A stretch of 64,000 bases of DNA from Selaginella moellendorffii. Lineage: Eukaryota > Plantae > Lycopodiophyta. This document shows, one piece after another, positions 56,879 through 64,000 of this stretch (position 1 is its first letter; the number at the start of each line of letters is the position of its first letter). The DNA lies in NCBI RefSeq assembly GCF_000143415.4, contig NW_003314282.1, forward strand, positions 531,700 to 595,699, given 5' to 3'. The position numbers and the translations under genes are program-made. The notes under the pieces are model-generated. The model was not told where the DNA came from. It ran no database searches and saw only the letters and a list, made by a program, of their open reading frames with translations.

Positions 56879-57061
56879 CCGGTAAAGCAAAGAATGTGAA
56901 GAGGTTTTGCTTTCTTCTTTTATGTTGTTCAGTTTCCTTTATAACGGCTCGTTCTTTTCCTATCTTCCTCTCCAAATGTACCCATCGATTAGCACTGATC
57001 GCTTGGGCAGGGAGCGATCAGTGGAGCTTTGGAGCTCATTTGGAGCTTCAAGTTAGACACC

Positions 57062-57293
57062 ATGACAATCGCGGTTTTCTTCTACTTCTTCTTCTTCTCC
57101 TGTGTTGTCCTTTCCCATGCACGGCAGTTTCCAACCAAGCGATTTCATTTGGATCAAAATCTTACCAGCATGTTTGACACCACGTCTTTCTCTCAACACT
57201 TTTCAGTGGTGTGGGGATTTGATCACAGCGAAGTTTCGGAGAACGGTATGGAAGTCACACTCAAACTAGACAGCACATCAGGTACATATTAAG

Positions 57294-57345
<52 letters not shown>

Positions 57346-58160
57346 GATTTATCCATGGCTCAGGTTCCGGGATCAGGTCTCACAACAATTACACGTTTGG
57401 CTTCTTCAACTCGGCCGTCAAACTTCCGGCAAACTATTCCTCTGGAGTTGTATCAACTTTCTACGTATTGTTTTCAGAAAATTTTCATGTTTTCGCTTGC
57501 TTAAATTCTTTCTTTAAAGGTCTCGAATGAAGATAGTTTCCCTTTTACACACGATGAGATTGACTTAGAATTTTTGGGAGCAGCATCTGGGGATCTATAC
57601 ATCATCCAGACAAACATCTACAGCAATGGCAGCACGTCCACTGGAAGAGAGCAAAGGTTCAAGCTATGGTTTGATCCCACTGCCGGCTTCCACAACTACA
57701 GCATCTTTTGGACTCCTTATCACATCGTGTAAGTCTTCATTGAGAAAGAAAATGTGTTATTTTTCTTATAATCACTCACAGGTTCTTTGTGGATGATATA
57801 CCCATTCGAGAAGTTCTCAAGTCGGAAGAACTGGGAGAAGACTATCCTCTGAAGCCAATGAACGTTTTCGCTACAATCTGGGATGCTTCTCAATGGGCCA
57901 CAGATGGTGGAAGATCTACAGTAGACTACTCATATGCTCCATTTGCCACCGAGTACTCCAACTTGATCCTCAGTGACTGTCACTCGTCAACTTTAGCTGA
58001 GGAGTGTCCATCTGGAGCTTCGAGCGTGGTTCCCCAAGCATTGCTCAGTGAATCACAACACCATTTGCTACACTGGATTCGTGCTAACTATATGATATAC
58101 GACTACTGTGAAGATAAATCCAGGTATCCACAGGCTCTTCCCGAGTGTCGATCTGGATAG
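57062..58160 (+). CDS. XTH: Xyloglucan endotransglucosylase/hydrolase (GH16, group III-like), 4 exons
   Basis: Signal peptide, catalytic [54 protein letters not shown]. Confidence 0.95.
57297..57342 (+). repeat. (CT)n microsatellite in XTH intron 1
   Basis: About 23 CT units. Confidence 0.95.
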
Positions 58161-58218
58161 ATTTTAAGATCATGTGATGTAAAACTTTTATTAAATTATT
58201 TCATAAAATTGGCCACTC

Positions 58219-59967
58219 TCAAGACGAGCAGTTTTGACCTTTCCAGCCGATTCTTCGGTTCTCAACGTCATAAAACACCAGCTTATCCTTTAAAACGATC
58301 TCTGCAAAGTTTCAATCCTAATCAGAATTAAGTTTCATATGAAAAACTTTACCTCCAAATATTGTCAGGCCATCAGCTGATGACCATGCGTAGCAGTATC
58401 CATTGCGCTTCTAAAATATCACTAAGAACTGGCATTAACTAGCAGAATAACGAACCTTTTTAAGCTCTACCATCACCAGATAATTGTCTGGTTTTAGTTT
58501 CATTGTTGATCCTCCGCTGAAAGTAAGCGTCACATTTGGAAATGATGTTTCCACAGTTAATCTACACAAGAGAGAAACAAATGAGTTTAATTGTTCTTTC
58601 CATTCTCATTTTACCCTGATTTAAGGTAGAAGCATTGAAGTCCTTCCAGCTTAGGTCCCAGCTTTGCTGTAGTTAGGTTCTTAATCTGCGCAGCAGAAGT
58701 CTCATTAAACTCTGATAAAATAGCCTTCTAGTATACTTACCTCGGAGAAAAGAATTCGGTTTGCTTTAGTCGCGAGAAGTGCAAAACTCGTGCCACTGTC
58801 AATGATAACACCAGTCTCATTCGTGCTGTTACTAACATACGAAAACTCTTTTGAATCGATTGGAAGAACTTTTGAGTTGACCGAGATGCTGAGCAAGTCG
58901 ACATTGTAGTGAGTCCTGATTGAGTCAGTGAGAAAGGATCAGATGATCAGCAAAGATGGAAAAGATCATATACAATCTTACGTGACGTTTAAGAGGGGAG
59001 TGAAAACCATCTCTGTTGTATTTGGTTCTTCGCCAAACTCGAGTATGCCACCACCGTGTTTCTCACCCCCTAAGCAATGAGAGAAAACTCTCGACATGTT
59101 CCTCTGGGTCGCAATCTGGTTGGGAACAGTCTTAGAAATCTGGCCAAATCCCATGATTCCATCCGCAGGCCAGCTTCCAGTAATGTTTATTGCACACCTG
59201 AACAAATGTTGTGTGCTTAAAGAGAGAAAGGAAAGAAAAGCAACGAACCCGAAGAAAATGTGTGAAGTCGTAGCATTTCCACCTTGAAGGACGTAGTGCA
59301 TGTCATCCTTCACGTACGCACCAATCGAAGTTGACTTGTCCTGGTATGAAATGCCGTAGGCACAAGCGCTGTTGCTTCCACTACGGGAACAGACTGCTTG
59401 CTCCCCAGTGCATAGTGGATCTGAGCACGATGAAACGGAAGAAGTTGACGACGCGGAGAGATTGTAGATTGACAAAGGAGGCTGATGAGTTCAAACGCAT
59501 TATTAAAATGCATAAACAAAAGCTTTCTTTTTCTAACTTACAATTATGTCCTGTTTTGACAAACAGGAGCGACATGGCGAGCACTTTACCCAGAGTATGT
59601 CGCTCCCGGTATCAACAATGACTTTAAGCTTCTGGACTGGATTTCCAAGTCCTATTTCAGTGTAGTAGAGCCTGACAGTAGAGAAGGAAGATATGAATGA
59701 ATGGATTTAAGTTTGAGGAGCTTACCCAAGATCAGAGTAGTTTCCTTTGAGAGGGAAGCTTATCCCTTGGAGAAATCTCCCACGCCTGTCATTGTGCTCC
59801 ACAAGATGTTGCAAGTGGTGCTTGCTCATGCCAAGGCCGAGCTTCTCATTCTGCTTGCTCGATCCTTCCAATCCAGAGTACCTGTGCTGGAGCTTGAGGA
59901 TTCCAGCTCCTTCTCCAGCACCCAGCAGAAGTGCGAGAAGGAAACACAAATTGAGGAAAGAGTTCAT
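58219..59967 (-). CDS. A1-family atypical aspartic protease, multi-exon
   Basis: Signal peptide; LYYTEIGLGNP..VDTGSDILWVKC, GIMGFG, FSHCL, IIDSGT, LVFYDVENRRIGWKGQNC*. Confidence 0.94.
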
Positions 59968-60474
59968 CTCTAAAGAAAACACAAACAAAAATTCGCAGGG
60001 CTACTTTGCAGAAAGTGATCGCTTTTCAAGCTCATGCTTCCACAGTGGCTCGCTGAGACGACCTGCTCACGAAGAGGCTTCAACCAAGCCTCCACTTCCC
60101 TGTCAGGACGCGCAAGCAGACATGTGTAATTATTGGCCAAGCCTGAAGAGATTTGAGGCTGTGCTGATGTGATGACATGCTTCTGCCTGAATTAAGAACT
60201 TGTCCAACTGACTAAGTCACTAGCACAGTACTGACGCCCGAAAAAGTGCCCGGCTTCAACGTGGAGAAGAAAAGTTTGGAGAGATTCCTGTAGTTTAGTA
60301 GTTTTTCAAGCCGGCTTAAAACGCGCTGTTGTATAGTTAATTTATCTGGTGAAACAAAAAAGGGCCCTTGAAAACGTCCTAGCAGTAACTAGACTAGCCT
60401 GACTCGGAGAGATTTGATGGAATCTTAGCCTTGAGCAAGAGACAATAGAGCCCTGCTATGGAAAAAGAACCAAA

Positions 60475-60519
60475 GATTTCTTCTAAAGGTTCGAACTGCA
60501 GACCTTCAGTGTGTGAGAC
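60475..60519 (-). pseudogene. tRNA-Val(CAC) 3'-half remnant
   Basis: Minus strand gtCTCACACactgaaggtctgcagTTCGAAcc...gaaatc gives anticodon loop, variable loop and B-box; the 5' half is absent. Confidence 0.65.
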
Positions 60520-61309
60520 CATCATCTGCATCTGGACATCAAGTTAAATGCTGCGCATCACCACAAGCCTTAGAGCTCCTGCCGTGGGCATTCTCCTCCG
60601 GACATCGATTTCGCCTGAAGGTAAGGTGCTGTTCTGTTTGTGATCGATGATTGTCTCACGTCCATGGGCTGTAGAAAATGGAAAGGTTTTTGGATAAAAC
60701 TTTCTTTATGCGCCCTTCTTTCTTGATGCATATTTTCGCTGAAAACGAGAAAATTCTTTTGCAGAACGGACTTTTTGATTTTTCATTGTTCAGAGTAAAC
60801 ACAGGTCCGTTTTGCTTGAGCAAGTCGTCTTTCCACCAAAAGTCCTTGTTCTTTTAATTAGTGTGTGGCCTACGAGAGCAAGGTTCGTTCTTTGACTTTT
60901 GAACTTCGAAAGAACATTGAAATATGAAAAGCACCAGCGGCAATGTGGACGGATCACGGTCGGCCAGCCCGCAGTTTCCGGCATTCTTCTTTCCACTTCA
61001 AGATGGACGGGTTGGTGAGTTACATCTAGACGTCTTTGGAGGTATCGGTGTAGGTCCGATTTTCCGTTCGAACTTGGCAAGAAAACGGGACGGAGACTAC
61101 GTACATGGTCTGCCTCTCTTCTGGGCAAGGGCACTTCAGATTGAAGAGTCCATCTCTTTCGTTGGACGATATGGTGCGGCAGCAGAGCGGTTCTTCAGCT
61201 GTGGCACGACTTTGAGTTTCAGATTCGTGCAGTATATTGGGAGTATACAATGCGACTTCCATGAAAAGTTGCTTATGTGAGAGTGGAATGGCAACGCTTT
61301 ATAGTCAAT

Positions 61310-61350
61310 TCGAGGAGGTCTCGAGGAGGTTTCGAGGAGGTCTCGAGGAG
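61310..61350 (+). repeat. 11-bp tandem repeat (tcgaggaggtc), about 3.7 copies
   Basis: tcgaggaggtctcgaggaggtttcgaggaggtctcgaggag. Confidence 0.9.
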
Positions 61351-61499
61351 CTATCTCTGGTAGTCCCTCGCAAGAACCGTGACTTTAGAAGATGTGAAGT
61401 ATTTCTCACAGTGGAGACTTGCTCGAATTCATCGTAAGCATGTAGTTCTCAAGTTTTTTAGTGTGTATATTAACTTAGGTGGAAGAAGTGCGATCAGTC

Positions 61500-61790
61500 A
61501 CCAGGTACTCCGGAGCTCTTGAGGTACCAAGTCATTCTTGTGATTGGCACTTGTACAAGTCAATCGGATAAAAAGCTTCTGGCACACTTGTCAGCCGGCT
61601 TTCACCATACCAGGCGAGGTTTACAGGCCCAGCTCACTTCCAGATCCCTGTAAATGTGTTCAGAGTTCGGCTGGGATCAATAAAGGCATGGTTTTGATCA
61701 GATCACAGTGCTCCAACACTTGTGCATGGATGAAACCAAGCCAGCACCATGCTGGAGATTGCGTCCATGAGCCATGAGCCAGCTCAAGAA
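61500..61790 (-). pseudogene. Possible second decayed kinase-like fragment
   Basis: GFIHAQVLEHCDL, HIYRDLEV and FYPIDLYK in shifting frames. Confidence 0.3.
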
Positions 61791-64000
61791 AGAGACACTC
61801 AAGTCTTAGATTACTTATAAGTTAGTTGGATGCCAATCTTTATTAGTAAAAAAAAGTGTATTTTAGGAGAGGGAATCAATTGGGATATTCCTACTACAAG
61901 TCCAATTTAGGCTTACAATTAGGGAACGGTTATGCCTTTCTTATTAAAACATTTAAAGTGTTTAATAGTGTTTAACAATATTCACATGCAATATGGTGCC
62001 TTTGAGCTTCTGAGAGCATCCCAGAGCAACACAATAATTATGAGATAGTGATCTTGAATCTAAAAGTGTTCTTAAGAACCTTTGAGTAAATTTAATCAAT
62101 AGAAGAGTGTTTTGGTTTTTTTCTTGCAAAAGTGTGTGATAGTGGGGGAGTTCAGGGCAATTGTGCCTCGGAGCCTCCATCCTATGATGGCTTGTAGCTG
62201 ACCAATGGAAACACAATGGCCTTAAGTGGTCCCTTCTCCTCCAAATGCACTTCATCATCCTCTCTTGTGTAAGATTATTTCTGTGCAGAATCAAGGCTCC
62301 CAGATCAATTGATTAGTCTTTCAGCTACTAAGTGAGTTGATTATACTTGGATTATGCAGTCTCACCTAATGCCATTAACAGTGAGTTTGTGGTAGAGTGG
62401 TTGAAGCCTCCAGACCTACACAGAATGATAAAAGGGCAGCAAGCAACCATGCAAAGTCGTTAAAATTCTACATATAAGAAATAACCAAACTAAACACTTA
62501 TAACACACCAACACATCATGCTTTATGATTACCATGCATCCTTCTATAAGGCCAGAGGGCCTCAAGAAGTGGGATTTGAGAAAAGGAGTGTGTGGAATGC
62601 TGCAGAAAAAGATATTTACCTTAGGAGGTAAATGTGAAGTTGTGGAGAAATCAAGGATTCAATCTAGAGAATATATGAGAATAAGTTTTTTGAGTTTTAT
62701 GCCTAAGAAGTCACTTAGGTGGCCAAACTTGAGCTTGAAGATTCCCAAAGCAAGCAAGATTATAAAAATCAATAGGTCAGAAGGATGTTGTAGTTGAATA
62801 ATTGCAAGAAGAGGTCAAAGGCCTTATCACCAAGCTTGAGTTTATCATGGTGGCCCTTTGTAAAATGGTGGCAAAATCAGGGCTAAACACTTGACAATGT
62901 AAATGTATGGTTTGGGACTACCCTAATGATAGAATAATTCATTTACTAATATTGCCATGATTAGAAGTAGTATGGAACCAAAAGATTCTACTGTTATAAT
63001 TGAGAATGAAAAAGAAGATTTACAGTTGCATTCTGTATAAGCTCAAAAGCAACATGCATCATAACATATAATCTTGGCCTTGAAGGTGGATTGAATTAAG
63101 ATTTGATTCAAGGAATGCCCAAAGTTTGGATATATAAAACTAAGGTAAGGTATTTATAGTGTCTTATGGCATTTATGACAGTAATTTTAGGAGGGATGGT
63201 TGCTGAGTAAAGCATTTTCTGCCTATACTTGTATTTTTGCCTCTGCTTGCAAAACAAAAAAGAAGATAAAAAGAATGAGAAGAGAATAAAAAATAACTCA
63301 ACTTTAAACTTTAAAGGCATGAGTAATGTCACTCTCTTAACTCTATTTTGCATAAATAATTATAAGCAGGAGAAAAGATAGTTAATTTAATATAAATACA
63401 TATAATAGTGAGTGGGGGTTATTTTTTAGCATGTTTAAGTGCTACTTATATACTACATAATTTTATAATAGTTTCTAACTACTTTTCACCTAAGTTAGGT
63501 CTTTCTTTTTTGGATGACTAAGCTTAGGCATAACTCTATTTCACCTAAGGTTTCTTTTTTTGTTTTGCTTGAGATGATACACAAAATAAAACATTTACCT
63601 CTTCATCACTCCCCACGACAAAATTATGGTTTATCCTCAAGCAGTCAGATTTTCTAAATCCTGCTTTAGATTGTTAAGCTTGGTCTTTATAGTGACAAGC
63701 TCAACACTTTGGTATAGATCCTCGAGTTTTTGACATATGATCTAATTCTCTTGTGAGCATAGTGATGCATTGGTAGTGGTGGCTAATGCGCATTGCATTT
63801 GTAAATGTGGAAGCCAAGATTACACTCTTGAGCTCTTGGATTATGCGGCGCTGATAATTCTGCTCGCCCATAACTCCATCCACTTTCTTGGTGATTGCCT
63901 TGAGGTAGCTCAAGACATGTGTGCGGTATTTTGTTGTTTCTTCATCTTCTACTGATTGCATCGGCTTGTCAATTGGCTACTTGCCTCCTCCCTTGATGTA

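Noticed and set aside
61960-64000. Short minus-strand ORFs in the AT-rich right end
   Set aside because: No recognisable domain; probably decayed repeat or TE sequence that I cannot classify.

Overview
Eukaryotic land-plant nuclear DNA. Very short introns (about 47-80 nt), intergenic gaps often under 200 bp and many intronless PLS/SS-type PPR genes suggest a lycophyte such as Selaginella; this is inference, not a database match. About 1-23 kb is a decayed accessory zone. It holds kinase, B3 and PPR remnants, an intact mitochondrial-type ribosomal protein bS6 gene, an AT-rich long-inverted-repeat element, three copies of a half-size MFS/OCT-like membrane gene, and a degenerate Ty1/Copia element carrying two nested insertions. 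About 23.3-60 kb is a very dense gene block: five PPR genes, a PMEI-like gene, a small tail-anchored protein, a FAD oxidoreductase, Pin1, a GNAT, a GTE bromodomain gene, SBPase, GatC, a P2B Ca2+-ATPase, cyclin U, MGDG synthase, a two-hevein GH18 chitinase, an XTH and an A1 aspartic protease. About 60-64 kb is again degenerate and includes a tRNA-Val 3' half. The best leads are the CBM18x2-GH18 class V chitinase, a candidate PPR-antisense small-RNA hairpin at 25.4 kb, DYW-less PPR genes sitting head-to-head with housekeeping genes, the half-MFS family and Crinkler-like kinase remnants. Nothing here is proven to be a new system. All exon boundaries were read by eye.
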